Below, one piece after another: positions 1-13,060 of a stretch of DNA of 64,000 bases. The stretch covers positions 558,001-622,000 of the forward strand of contig CDRNST010000096.1 in assembly GCA_977016875.1 (NCBI GenBank), in the 5' to 3' direction. Every line of letters starts with the position of its first letter. The stretch's first letter is position 1. Made by a program: the position numbers and the translations under genes. The notes beneath the pieces are model-generated. The model searched no databases. It was not told the DNA's origin and saw only the letters and a program-made list of their open reading frames with translations. Source of the stretch: Pavona decussata. Taxonomy: Eukaryota.

Positions 1-799
1 CACATTTTGCAACGCCTGAAATCATCTTTTACTTTCCAGAAAATTATCTCCGCCACTCGGGAACACCAGTTTCTTACATATCAAAAATATAACCTGGGAA
101 GTTTATGAATATTACTAGGTACCCATACCATTTAACAGAAGGACAACTTAAACGTTGTCATGTTCGCGATCCCTCGACAGATCCAGGAAACATAGAGTGA
201 CAGGCCCAGACTCGCCTAATACGTAGTTTGCCATTTGAGACTTAAGAAGAAATCCTATTTTATAACTTGGGCTCCGCCCAAGTAATAAACACGGCTATCC
301 AAAAGACCATTATTAGATATACTTGAATACTTGAAATTACGACAGAAATAATGACCGCATGACCATGTTTAGCCTACATTTGCTGCTTGCTGTTTCTACT
401 TTCTCTGTAAAATTGAGTAGTTTTGCGTTAGCATGCTTAAGCTGAAGCGCAAATCTCGGGTTTGCTGTTTGTTGTAAAAGTGATTCTAGATCTCTCTAAC
501 ATTGCAGTGAATGTCATATTACCATAAAGCAAAGATTTCATCCTCATTCATCATGAAAGGAAATGAATACAAAGCAAGTACAGTGGTATTTCTTGAAATG
601 TTGGTCTTTCATTTTGAAGATTAACACAATGGTAAAATTACAACAGTTAGCAGGCCAAATTTTTGTCTTCCGCATGTCTTGATACCTGTCAACCATCTCT
701 AAAATTATACAGATAACACAGAAACCAAACTATGCGTTAACAAATAGATTTCATTTTGTCATGCATCTGCATTCTGGTATTGCACCGACGATGTCAAAA

Positions 800-1110
800 T
801 ATCATTTATTAATTAATTTATATTATATTTTATTTAATTTAATTTAATTTATTTATTTAAATAGTAGCATCTGATTTAGCTAATAAGAAGCTAGTTTGAA
901 CAGTGTTGATTAAGTAATAAACAGACTCGAGAGTAAAATCCAATACAACAGATCACACTACAACAATACTATTAAATAGATCATACCATAGGTTAAAGAA
1001 ACTGAGACTTAAATTTGTTGAAGTTAGATACTTGTATAAGCACGCGCACCATTGATCCTAAAACTGCCTGGTATTTGGTAGTTCTGGCTAAGGGCAGTTA
1101 CAATAGATCT
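800..1110 (-). mobile_element. 3' fragment of a CR1/L2-like LINE with (ATTT)n tail
   Basis: Degenerate ATTT tract at ~800-860 next to a decayed reading resembling a LINE C-terminus (..LPLARTTKYQ..). Confidence 0.35.
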
Positions 1111-1731
1111 TGTAAATTATAAGAGAAAAGAAGTATGCTTGCAGCTCAAACAGCTCATACTGTGACTGATGTTCTTCCCATGTTTTGATGTCCACCCTGT
1201 GCTTTATCAGAGTGAAGATTGAGCCACAGCAAAATGACATCAACTTTTATTAAAAACTGGATCATTGTATATGAGATTTGTTTGGCTTAGCAGCCATGGT
1301 GTATGAGCCATTGTACCATGCTCGAGAAATAATGACCAATAAATTGTTCTCTGACTGTTCTTGCAAAGGGAAATCAGCAAGGTCTGGTAATATTTCTTGA
1401 TTATATGACTGAGATGATTATAGCCAACTTGGTGCTACGTGCCTCATTGCCTATCTTTCTACTCATATCCAATGCGGGAGGTCATCTGTATTCTTAAACA
1501 TGGACAGGTACAATGTACTTAAAATTTGCTATATCTCTACTCTACATGGTTACTTGTTTATTCTAATTCACCATTTTTGCCATTGTATGAATGTCATTTA
1601 TTTTCTGACGTCAAGCTTATTTAATTTTAGACTGCCTTCATTATTTATTGATGTAATTTTAAGTATTTATTTCTTTATTTTAGCGTCCCCAATTTAAGCA
1701 TTAATGCTAGGCTCCCTTGTCACATTCCAGA

Positions 1732-1797
1732 TAAGTCACTTGTGTCACATCCTGTTAAAAACAGAAACCTTTACTAGCATGTGACACAAGTGACTTA
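1732..1797. repeat. Perfect 19-bp inverted repeat (stem-loop)
   Basis: TAAGTCACTTGTGTCACAT (1732-1750) / ATGTGACACAAGTGACTTA (1779-1797), 28-nt loop, followed by an A-rich tract. Confidence 0.9.
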
Positions 1798-2647
1798 AGT
1801 GAAAAAATGTCCAAATAAAATGATTAAATAAATCTTGGACAGCAATTTCCTATCTTGCTTTGGAAAGACTTTTGATCATTGTTCTCTCTCCGCATATTTG
1901 AAAACCCAGAGACCCTTTGTATGATGGCCTGAGGAAGTCTTTGCCATGTTTTAAAAATTGAATCCAACATCTTTGCATTCAGACTCCAAACATACAGTAA
2001 GACATTTTTGGTTTGGTTTCCTGCAGATATCTGAGCACATTGACAGTGATGAGTGCAGAGAAGCTGAGGAAAACCAAAACAGCATTTATAAACATGACGG
2101 GTACTGCAACACGTCAAGTAGGGTGTGAACAAAGGAAAAGGCTTGGCCGTGGCTTTTGTAGAGATTGGCCAGAATACATTGAGGCAAAAGGTATGATGTA
2201 CTGCATAGTTTACAAAGAGTTATCTCATATAGCGGACAAGAGGTGGTCATTCTTCCCTTTCAATGACTAAATTGTTTAGCCATTAATACTGGGGGTGGGG
2301 GAACATGTCATTAATAATTTATTAATATAATTACTACTGCGAAAAATGGTAAGATGTATTCTTTAATTATCTTAATTAGAGACTAGTTAATACTGCAATC
2401 TGTTTAGGAAAGTAAAGTTTTGAAATGAGCAGTAAAATTTGAATTCTACTTTCCAAGGTGGAAAATGGTGTCAAAAATCTCAAGCCCTATTTGAGTAAAT
2501 AAGTGTGTTCTAAAGAGTCAGGGTTATGAAATTGAGAGCTCAGCAGCTGTTGTTATTTTAAATATTCATTTTGGTTTTTTTTAATTAGTATAATTCTGTG
2601 AAGCAATTTGAAAGAAAACGTTCTCAATTTATTATTTAATAGATCTA

Positions 2648-4233
2648 CAGTGCAGCTCAGAAATAAGCGAACCAAAATGTGCGCGTAAAACGTGTATAAT
2701 ACACGTATGCGTATATACATATACGCGTATTGACATATACGCATACGTGTATAAACTTAGACGCGTATGTCTCATTAGTATGTATGAGCTAGCCTATTGT
2801 TTCTTCTATTGTGGAAAGGTCATTGTTGATTTCAATGGGCATTTCAAAAAAAACACTTAAAAAATGGTGGTCAGGCTGCATGTTTGTCGTTCGTCTTGTG
2901 CTTATTCCGGCTGTTTCTTGTTGACCGCTGTCGATCTAGTGTAATTTATATCAAGTGTATGAGTATCAATTTTTGCCCACATTCCTCATTTAATAAAAAA
3001 TGTTGCCAAACGATAAGCTTTGTGTTAAGAGGGAACCACCTGATATCTTAAGTGTCTTTTCTAAAGCACTCCATTTCTTGAGCTGCAATTCAGCTTACGC
3101 TCGCAGCGGCATATTTTTTATAAACGTTCACTTGCCAAAAAAACGCATTATATTCGGTGCGTAATGCTCACAAATTTGTGATCGGTGCATCATAGAAACT
3201 TTGAAGAAAACTCTTGGCTTTGAAGAAAGAGCACTTTACTGTTTGAATCAGTGAATTCTGCTAAAGAGAACCGGAGATATCGTTTTTTTCAGTCCTTGCC
3301 GTGACGCTACAAAGACAAATAACATTCACAATGGACTAACGCCGGCGCGTGCCGAACCAGAACTTTTCCGTGCAGAAAAATTAAATAAATGTGATCGGCG
3401 CATCACAAAAACTTTGAAGGAAAATCTTGCCTATAAATGGAGAGCATTTTACTGTTTAACTCAGCGAATTCTGCCGAAGAGAACCGGAGATATCCTTTTT
3501 TGATAATATAATGCAAATTCATCCTGCTGCACCGACCCCCGCTAACGATATGTAAACATCAACGAAAGATACATGTTACGATATTTATGATCATGCTTGT
3601 TTACACTGTTTCGCGCTGTTTCCACAGGTGGTGTAGACGAGCGAGCTAAGAGTTATTTTCTTACTGAATACATTTTAGTAAAAGAAAAATTAATCGACTG
3701 GTTGTTGAATCATCGCTTTTAAAGCGATAAGTTTTGAAATACGACAGTCGCTGTTCTAGACCTTCAAGCTTGTTCTGCCAGTAGTGACAAAGCCAACGCG
3801 AAGTTTGTTGTTAACGCTCGTCCAGCAAGTAATATTAATTCGATAAACTATTTTTCTTTTCTCGAAGAATCAAATTGACAAAAGAACAGCATGTCTGTAA
3901 TAAGGTTTTTTATCGTTGAGTTTCCGAAGCAAGCAAGCTTCGAAATACGACACCTTGTATTCGAGTTTGTCAAAGCGAGGTTCTAAACGCGTTCTATTAT
4001 AGTCCTGTCGATTGTCATTATTCAAATTTCGTGCTACGGGCTGTCGCTTTTACTTTACCATTTCTTTTGTTGTGCAAGACAATGCCACATAAAGCAAAGG
4101 TATGGCAATGAATAACAAAGGCAGGACATACGTGTATGGCAACATACGCATATGTATATAGCAGCATACGCATACGCGTATTACTTGCGTATGGTACGCG
4201 TATGCAATGTTCGCTTATTTCTGAGCTGCACTG
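2648..4233. mobile_element. Non-autonomous Tc1/mariner-type TIR element (1586 bp)
   Basis: Perfect 25-bp TIR CAGTGCAGCTCAGAAATAAGCGAAC (2648-2672 / 4209-4233); TA on both sides; no transposase ORF; internal ~110-bp direct repeat (~3175-3288 and ~3388-3500). Confidence 0.9.
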
Positions 4234-5254
4234 TATATTTCTGAAGAGCATGTTCCACTCTACGTATAGGTTTCGAAGGCTGTTAGACCAGTATTTTAGG
4301 GCGGTAGGCTCACATCTGCCACTCTCTTGAAATAGTAATGTAATAGTCTTTACAACTTAGTTTAAAAAATTTCTCAAGGATATCCTCATCAGCCATTATA
4401 TAGGTTTCATGATGAGCTCTGGTTGAGAAAAAAAATTTACGCTAATGAGCTTACGGTGATCTCAAATCATCCATGGCTTATCATTACAGCAACAAGAGAA
4501 CTGGTGTTGCACATTTGTGTGTTATAATAATTATATGGTTGGAGTGGTCATGGTGTTGGTTCGAGGACATGGTTCTTTTGCTCGAACAATAACTCCATGG
4601 CACAGACTTAATATAATATGACCCACTCAAAATAAGCAACTGGAGTAATTTAGTATTTTAAGGGAACATCTAATCAAATCGCAAACGCACACAATTGCTG
4701 CCAAACGCAATAGAATCGCGGCACAGAGTTTGGGACATTTATTTACTGCACAAGATGTGGCAATATTTATTGTCACACAAGCCACACTAGACACTGTGTT
4801 TTTGTGAACGTTGTATTAACAAGATCCCATTAAACAAAATTTGGAGTCTTCCACAAAAAAAAAGAGAAAGAAAAGAGATACAATTGTACATTGATGATAC
4901 AAAGCATGAGATCACTCTACACATTGTATTCGGATGTCCCTAAATGGAAGAAAAAAGGAATAATTGATAAACGGTTGGTATTCCTCTCATAAAGAGTTAT
5001 AAAGAATTGGGACTACAAAGTAATGTTACTGTATACTACAGTTGTACTTGACGGAGAAGCTATGTGCACCTTACTTCAAAGCCAAAGCAGAATATTATGG
5101 GGATGTTGGTGTTATGTCTAACAGCCTTACCGATAAAATTGAATGTAAATGTAAATGTAAATATCCTGTTTGACAGATAACAACAGCTCATTGAAAAGAG
5201 AGCTGACTACCCAAGTAGAGCAGAATTGGTTACTGTGATATTAATTAGTGCAAG

Positions 5255-6191
5255 CAGTGCTGTCAATACGTTTTGAAGTAGACATCCCCACTGGGAAAGT
5301 AGGCGGCAGCCTACTTTTCGATTGCTGAAGGCGTAAGCTTTCTAGAGGGGTTTGGGGGCATGCCCCCCTTCCCCCCAGAAAATTTTGAAATTTAGATGCT
5401 TGGAAATGCTATTTTCAACGTTTTCCAGACAGTATTTGGGCCTTAAGAACAATCAAAATGAAGACTATATTAACCATATTCTATGTTTATTACAAGCGTT
5501 CTTTTCCTCAAAATCTCAATCACTGGCTTCAAGAAAAGAGTGAAATGATAAATCTTCAAATGCTGATTCAAAAAAATACATTCAATGTTTTAAGTTTGTG
5601 TTGTCCTTTTGACTTTGCCCTTTGGCGACCTGGTGTACATTAATTATGAAGTTAAAGTAAGTTGTCCATATCAGATTCATATGCACTTTCTTCTGACATG
5701 CGAAAGCCTGGGATCTCGTCCTGTGAAAATGTCCCAGGCGTTCCACGACCCTTCAATCACCTCGATCTACTTCAACTTTTTATACTTCCACTGAAAGGTT
5801 AACACGTTTAAAAAACTCCTGAAGTGTGCCGTTATTTAGACCCAGATGTTTGAAACGGGATGTTTTACAATTATTTTTGCGGGATCTTTTTATTATTTTA
5901 AGCCGGTTTCGTGCTGGATCCTGTTCTCTGAAAATGTTGTAGGCGTTCCACGACCCCTTCGATCAATTTCCATTGTGCGTGGCAAGGTAAACACGTTTAA
6001 AACTCCTGAAATGCGCCTTTATTTTGACTCAGACGTTTGAGGCCGATGTCTCACAATTATTTTTGTTGAATCTTTTCCTTATTTTAAGTTTCTTACCAAA
6101 ATTAACAGTAAAGTGAGACGAAAGTACCCGGCCGAAGGTTGGCCAGTAGCCGGCTGTTTTGGCCGGCTACCGGCCCTTATTGACGGCACTG
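5255..6191. mobile_element. Non-autonomous hAT-like element with 5-bp TSD
   Basis: TIR CAGTGCTGTCAATA / TATTGACGGCACTG (1 mismatch); GCAAG at 5250-5254 and 6192-6196; AGTAG subterminal motifs and GGGGGCATGCCCCCC..AGAAAA motif shared with the hAT at 16676. Confidence 0.8.
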
Positions 6192-8119
6192 GCAAGCAGG
6201 GTATTCTACTTGACAAGCTAACGCAGAATGTAAGTTAGTGTTTGTAGCACAAGTTTAGGTTAATGTTTTGCTCAACAGATAACAGTTCTGTGAAGAACTG
6301 ACTACCCAAGTAAAGCAGTCTGCTCGATAGATAACAACAGTTCAATAAAAACTGACTACCCAAGTAAAGCAGAACAGGATAAATAACGCGCAGTGATGGT
6401 TGAATAATCTTGCAGTTTAGTAGATAAAAACAGTGCAGTAAATAAATGATTAACAGCCAAACTATGTAATATAGTAAGTTCCAAAAATAGCAGGGCTTGA
6501 AATTAACTTCGTGCAGTACTGGCCCTCTGGCCACCTCAGTCAGATTTTACTAAAACTGGTCAAACTGTAAGGTTCACTGGCCACGTATAGGAGCAACTCA
6601 ATCTTGATGACAAACGTGTCTATTAAAATAACTAGTTAAGTACACTTCTAAACAGGTCTGGCAAGCTTCATCATTGCTCTAAGTATTCTCTTATTCCTGA
6701 ACGTGTTTTGCTTCAAGACCACAAAGATTTGCAGTGGTAGTGATTGGTAGCTCAGATTTAGCTACAAAATAAGCAGTCTCAAATAACTTTTTTAGTTTGT
6801 GTTGAACCTGTTCAGACACAATGTGTAAGGCTCTTGCCAAAGGGGCAGCTGCTGGCTGTTTTTTGACAAAGCAAGCTTTGAGTTCATTGTGATGAGAAGA
6901 GGATATATCATGTGATCGAGGTGCACCGATCTTAAAGTTTGTGCATCTCTTGGTAGGAAATGAGACGAAGAAGGCAGCATCAATTCATCTGAGCATCGCA
7001 CTCCCAGGTGAAGAAAATAAAAACGAATGACCCAAGAACAACCTGATGTCTATTTTCCTCGGCTTTATGGTAGATGCAACTTACAAGTCGAATATGCATA
7101 TGTAAGGGTCAATCCTCAAGCAGAGGAAGTGGTCTGCTGTTCAGTTCAATAAATTAAATTGCTGCTCTCTGCAATTATCGATAGATACAAACATTTCCAT
7201 TCCTTTTTGACAGTCAGGGCTGGAAAATGTTATGAAAGGGAAGGCAAACCCATGCCGAAATTCGCATTTTACTGTGGAAAATCATACTATACCTCTCCAA
7301 AAAACACTGCGTGCCGCAAGGCTCAAATTTTTCATGAAAGCGCAAGATGAAACTGCGTGACTATAATACACTTTCAGTGGCTGTTTCATGTTAGATTTCC
7401 TGGCATATGATGACATGTCATGTACAATATTAAAAGGACACCTTGATGGAATTGTTTTCCTGCTCAAGATGCTCATGCCTGTCAAAACACTACTCTACAA
7501 TCGTGATGTTAACCAAAGCATGGTTGTTTTCAAATGGTTAGAATTGCTGCAATGAGTTAAAAATAGTGAAGGAAGTTTAGCTGTACATGACATTTCAATT
7601 AAAGTTTTCAAGTTATAGTTACAATTTTAATAAAGCAAGTCATGGTCAAAGTATAATCCTAATGACACCAGAAGTTTTTCCAAATAATAAATTCACTTTA
7701 TACAGGTCAGGATAACCACAGTACAATTCCTTTAAAAAATCCTTCATTTCCTGATAGAAAAGAGCCACCTTTTTTATCTGAGAGACTTTAAGCCATAGTT
7801 ACATTTATTAAAAAGGCTTGTCTGTGGAATTTCTTAAGCATTTGGTATTGCTTGTCAGCACTTGTAAGATTCATCTATAGGTGCTTAACAGACACTTTAA
7901 AATGCAGTGACTTAACCATCAAGCAAAACATGGAAAGCTGCTCTCTGTTGGGGGTTGAAACATACCTAATTGTTGTAATTTGATCATTGCCTCCCATCCA
8001 CAAACTTTGGAAATTATGTTTTGTACAGTTTTGACAGCCACACTTTACACCTTTAGCATAGACTTTACAACTTTACAAGTCACAAGACTTGCAAGATTCA
8101 TCTGTACTTAAAGGCCAAT

Positions 8120-9540
8120 GTTCATGGTTGAGCACATGCATGAGCAGACCGGCTCAAAAATAAATTGTATGCGTCGACACTAAATTCGACGTGAGCTTGT
8201 GGTGAAATAATCTGTTGAAATCGTTCCCGAATTTTGATCATCCACTTTTTGTAATCTAGTGTTTCCTCTTGTAAATATAAGTTCGTTTTTTGTAAGGTTG
8301 AAAGTTTTTTAGCCGCCAAAATCAACATTTTAGTCGATTGATTGTCAAAGGAGATGTCGCGGCCGTCTGGCGACGGGACGTTCTGTGGACTCTATGGAAG
8401 CACAGAAGTAAAAGCGGACAGAGTGGAGTAGATGTAGATGTCCTGTATGGTTAACAAGATACGTTCACCAACTGTGGAAAATTTGTAAATGGATGAGTCT
8501 GTTTAAAATAGACGATGATTTCGCGGAACATCTACTTTCGCTGGAAGTGGCAAAGGTCAGTGGTTGCAGGCATGTACTTCACCACGGCTGGCTTTGGATC
8601 AACTCCAGACTTCCAATTTCCCTCGACAGTACCCTGATGGCAAGTCTCCTCACAGTTTCCTTTTCCGTGTTTTGAAACAAATTCTTTGTACGAATAAAAC
8701 AGAGAGATTGTGCAATCTACAGTGTATGAGCTGAGGAAATATTTCACACCTTCAATGACTTTCATAATGCAAAACATTACGATTTCACTCGCTAGGATTT
8801 TCTAGATTTCAATCGTACTGTTTGTTCATATGGAAGTCAACCGTCAAAAACGGAGAATTCGACGGACAAACAGCATAAAACATCAGTGTTTTGCTTTGGA
8901 TGGAAAAAATTGAGACGCGAAGCGAATAAGTTTGTGATCAAATGTTTGAGTTAGTTGTAGTCATCTATTAGCGGGCTCAAATAGCGGGCAGTAGAAAAAA
9001 ATAAAACAAAAGATTTGCGGCAAACTACAAAATCTATTGTAAGGCATTCATTTATCTATTAAATTATGGTTATTACGAATGGCAAATGCAGTTTGATTTG
9101 TCACCACAGCTGCGTTTTCTCAAATGGATTCTAGCATCTCGGAAAGACACTCAGTGTTCTTGTTGTTATAAACGGTCGCATGGCCTCTTGAAGCTTGCAG
9201 ATTTCTCGTTCTTCACCTTCTCGCTGGTCTAGTAAAATCAGGCTATCGAATGAACACACTATAGTCAGTTTATCACTGAATGCTGTGAATGCTGATGAAA
9301 TGCTGGTCCTAAGTACGTAAGTTTGAGGGATCTTCTCGGTTTTTTGAACCGCGTAATTAAAGAGATCCATGCCGCGAGATATACTGTAATACATTGTACT
9401 AAAATAAAACCGTATGCGTTTGCATAAGTTCTGGCATTTCTTGGATGTCATGAGACATTTGCACAAAGCATTGCAAAAATCCCTACGTGTTTTACATGGG
9501 CAGCCTTTTTGGTTCTTTCTGAAACGTGACAAACATTGGC
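8120..9540 (-). pseudogene. Degenerate gene remnant with N-terminal Cys-rich (CXC-like) motif, probably a transposon accessory gene
   Basis: CPCKTRRDFCNALCKC..C motif at ~9430-9510; downstream broken frames (KEFV..ETVRRLAIRVLSREIGSLELI); many stops and frameshifts. Confidence 0.3.
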
Positions 9541-10999
9541 CGGTCAGTTTTATTTTATGCCAGCACGTTATAAGGCTTGCCCGCAGTATCCTGCCGGTGT
9601 TGTGTACTCACTTCTAATTGGATCAAAAACAATAAGCTTGACAGCGCCTACATCATCGCTCGGACATGCGCCAAACTGTGAAACTCTCCCTTTAACAACC
9701 ACCTTAAATGGAGTGACTGAACTGTCAACCAAATGTTGTAAAGCTCTTAGTTCAGTGGGAGTTGAAACAACTGATTATTGTATCAATTAACTTTTCACCA
9801 TGTTAATTACCCATCCACAACTTTGTAAATGTTGTTTTGACCAGTTTTAATAGGCACATAATACAACTTTTGATAGACCAAATAATTTATTTATTTATTT
9901 ATTTTTTATTTATAATGTCAAGTGTCACATCACATCTTTGACACTGGAATGTACCCAACCATCTGAAAAGAAAAATTACCACCTCATTCTGCTTACCAGA
10001 TCTTCTCATCATTTAGAAATTACTATCGCACAAGACTCAGCTCGCTGGGGTGCATGTATATCGAGACTTATTGTGATCTGAAGACCTCTGCTCGAAGCAA
10101 CCCAGAAACTGGGAGTGATGGGTGGGTTGTACTTGCTTATGGGAATGATAAAGAACAAACTGATGACTACTACATGTGCTGCAGTCCTTTTTAAGTGCCT
10201 TTTCCAGATAACATGTTCTTTGACTCTCAAGTTATTTTAGGAAGCCAGTAACCCCTTTTTCTATTTCATTGCACTCTTTATGTCATTTCAGCTGTAGTGC
10301 TCTGTAGGGGTAGAATGAAGTTGTTGTTGTGGTTGGTAAAAACAGTCTACCTATCATTGAGAATTCATAAGAATTGAATGTGAGAAGAATAGTCCCAAAG
10401 GTTAAAATTTATGATTATAATTATTGTACAAAAGCAGATAAGATTAAATACAGTTCATGGACTGACAGCCGATAAACTTTTTCATTAAGATTAGAGCAAA
10501 ATTGTGCTAGCATAGGTGAAGGATAATAATGGTCTTTATTCCTCATAAAATAAAAGTACATATCCTATGTTACACTTTCTTAAAAATCAGACGTGATAAA
10601 GATATCAATAACGTAATCAAAAAGGACCATAATAAAAGCTAACTAACCTGTACTACGTTATATTTAAATATCAATCTATTTTCAAAGGTAGACATGAAAC
10701 GCCCAGTATTTACTTTAGGGTGCGCACATTGTTTTTTGCAGAGATTGTATAAACAGTCCTTTTTGGAGGGATGTATGGACGGAGCAGTTGATTATCTAGG
10801 GAGATAACTTGCTTTGCCTGAAAAAATTTTGCCTTGCCAAAGGGGTGCTTCAGCTCAGGCAATACAAGGTGGATTGTTACAAGAACACTTTATTTAGTTT
10901 GAATACAACAAAACCTTCCCAAAAGTCAGAAACACAGTAAATCTCTTTTGCATGTTATGCATGAGGCCATGAAAAAGCCAAATGACAATCAATAAGGTT

Positions 11000-11660
11000 G
11001 TTATCAAATTGGAAAGAACAACCACTACGGAGTCAGTGCATCATTTCTCCCTTGGCTATACCAATGGCAGTAAGAGAGGTAGTGAGCCTTCTGGCTATGG
11101 TGGATCAAACAAAGGGGTTATTTGATACGTGACCATGATTGTCTGTTGATCTTAACAGGTAGCCTTCATGCAAATCAACTGTCATGTTTATACATAAGTT
11201 AAAGTGTTGCAAAAGATTGACAATGGGACATAAGTGAGCATCCTTGTATTTTTGTAAGGGAAATGTGTTATAGTCTTTGTCACGCAAAGTTTTTCCCACG
11301 GCCTGCCTGAAAAGGAAGCTTTGATTGTCATAGAGGAGGAGCACTTCTTTGGTCAGATTTCCACCCAAGTCTGAGAAGAAATCAAGGCAGAAGAAGGCCG
11401 CATCTTGTGCGAAGAAACATGTCAATAGCTGGATGGGTGGGATATAGTTTGGAGTGAATGCTTGAGAGATGACGTGACATGAGTTTGGACAGTTTCTTGA
11501 AAAACAGTGGAACGGCCTGCTTGGGGCTCATGTGTGCCACTGTCTGTTTCTTGGTTATGAAGTGAAGGTAGTCTTCAATAGACTTGCCACAACTGGGATT
11601 TCCATAGACTGTTTTGAGGGCCAATTCTGCCTGTGCTATTGCAAATTGTCCTAAGTTTGT
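11000..11660 (-). pseudogene. Decayed DIRS-like tyrosine recombinase
   Basis: Broken frames give GNPS..PKQAVPLF..DAAFF..GKTLR..LCPI..H*LRSGC, resembling YR box motifs. Confidence 0.55.
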
Positions 11661-11899
11661 AATTGTTTTATCAACTGTTTGGACTGCAAGACATGTGGGG
11701 CACTTGCAATGTTTTCTAGAGCGGGAGCCGAAAAGGGGGCACTGGAGAAGTTCCAGTGGGGAAGTTCAGCCTTCAGTGCATCAGTAACTGTTTTTGGCCT
11801 TGGAGATCTCTTGGTAGGCCATGTTGGTATAAAGTTTTGCACTGAAGATGAGAAAAGAGAAAGAGGTTGTTTTACCACCAAACCTGTGTAGAATGGTAG

Positions 11900-13060
11900 T
11901 GAAACTGCCGTATTACTTAATGTATTGTCCCCAACAGCGACAAATCTATGGACTTTGTCGAGGCTAACTTGAACGCTAACTTGAAGGCCTGTAGTAGTTT
12001 GAAGAAGGGACATCCATGGAACTGATACTTCTTATGGTAGCCTTGCCAACAGTATGCTAAAAATTGGCGCTGGCTTTCCACCTCAATAGTGGAAAAGTCT
12101 GGGTTCTCTTTGTGCCAGGGCATTCACTCATCTGAAATCATAGCATAATTTTGTTTGAGTCATTGCCGCTTTGTGAGGCCTCGCCCATCAGCTGCCTCAT
12201 GCCATCCTGCGATGATTTCCACATAACTGCTTTCATGAATGTATCCCTTTTCCCATGAGAACTTTGCAACTAGGTATGAAAGCATTCTTTTGGCATCTCT
12301 GACAGACAGTGCTGCATGTGTCAATGCAGTGCTAGCATCCAACATTGCATCATCAAGTCCTTGTAAATCCATCCCATCAGGTCCACCTACATTGTAGTCC
12401 ACATACAGAAAAAAAAAAAACACTCACAAAACCAAGGCATGGATTGAGCATTGTTACATAATGGTGTGAGGACACCAATCATGTGAAAACGAGATATATG
12501 TTATGGTTACAATTTGTTTTTGGTCAGAAAATTTTCAAAGCAGCCTGATTTTTATTTTTGTTTGCTCTATGCCTATTATAACGCTCTGAAGGAAAGGAAA
12601 TTAAAAATCAAACTGGTTCAGAAAATTTAAACCACAACAACAACAACAAAAAGAACACAAAACATTCCAAGGGTATGACTAGTTAACTTGCCTATTTTGT
12701 TAATTACTACTTTCTCTGGTGTGCTTCCAAATCCTTTTAAGAATATGGCAATGATTCTCTCTTTCATGATAAACGTCCCCAGTTATCAGATCAATTTCAG
12801 GAATGTACAGAAAGGTGTTGAAGTTCACATATTGCCTTTTCAATTGTTCAACATGGTGTCTGAATCGGTATGTGGCTATCAGTGACCTCAAGTATTTGTT
12901 GGTGAGGCTCTCAGGAGTGGAGCTCGCCAAATGGCTGGTCTCAGGGACTCTAACAGACTGACCAAACTTGCTAGGTTTTCGCAATGTGATACTTTGAGAA
13001 GCGAGCCGACGGCGACGACAGTCTAGAATTTTGTTGACTTTTTCCGCCTTGTTACACATA
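11900..13060 (-). pseudogene. Intron-containing transposase-like remnant (D/E-x2-H-type, P-element-like)
   Basis: Fragments ENHCHILKRIWKH, SVRDAKRMLS..IIAGWHEAADGRGL and PWHKENPDFSTIEV separated by AT-rich intron-like segments. Confidence 0.35.

Noticed and set aside
6490-6590. hAT-like terminus CAGGGCTTGAAATTAAC
   Set aside because: No matching inverted partner or TSD was found.
1850-7560. Host gene exons (e.g. 2027-2190, 6800-7105, 7390-7540)
   Set aside because: Some splice-like signals exist, but no consistent stop-free model or recognisable domain could be built.
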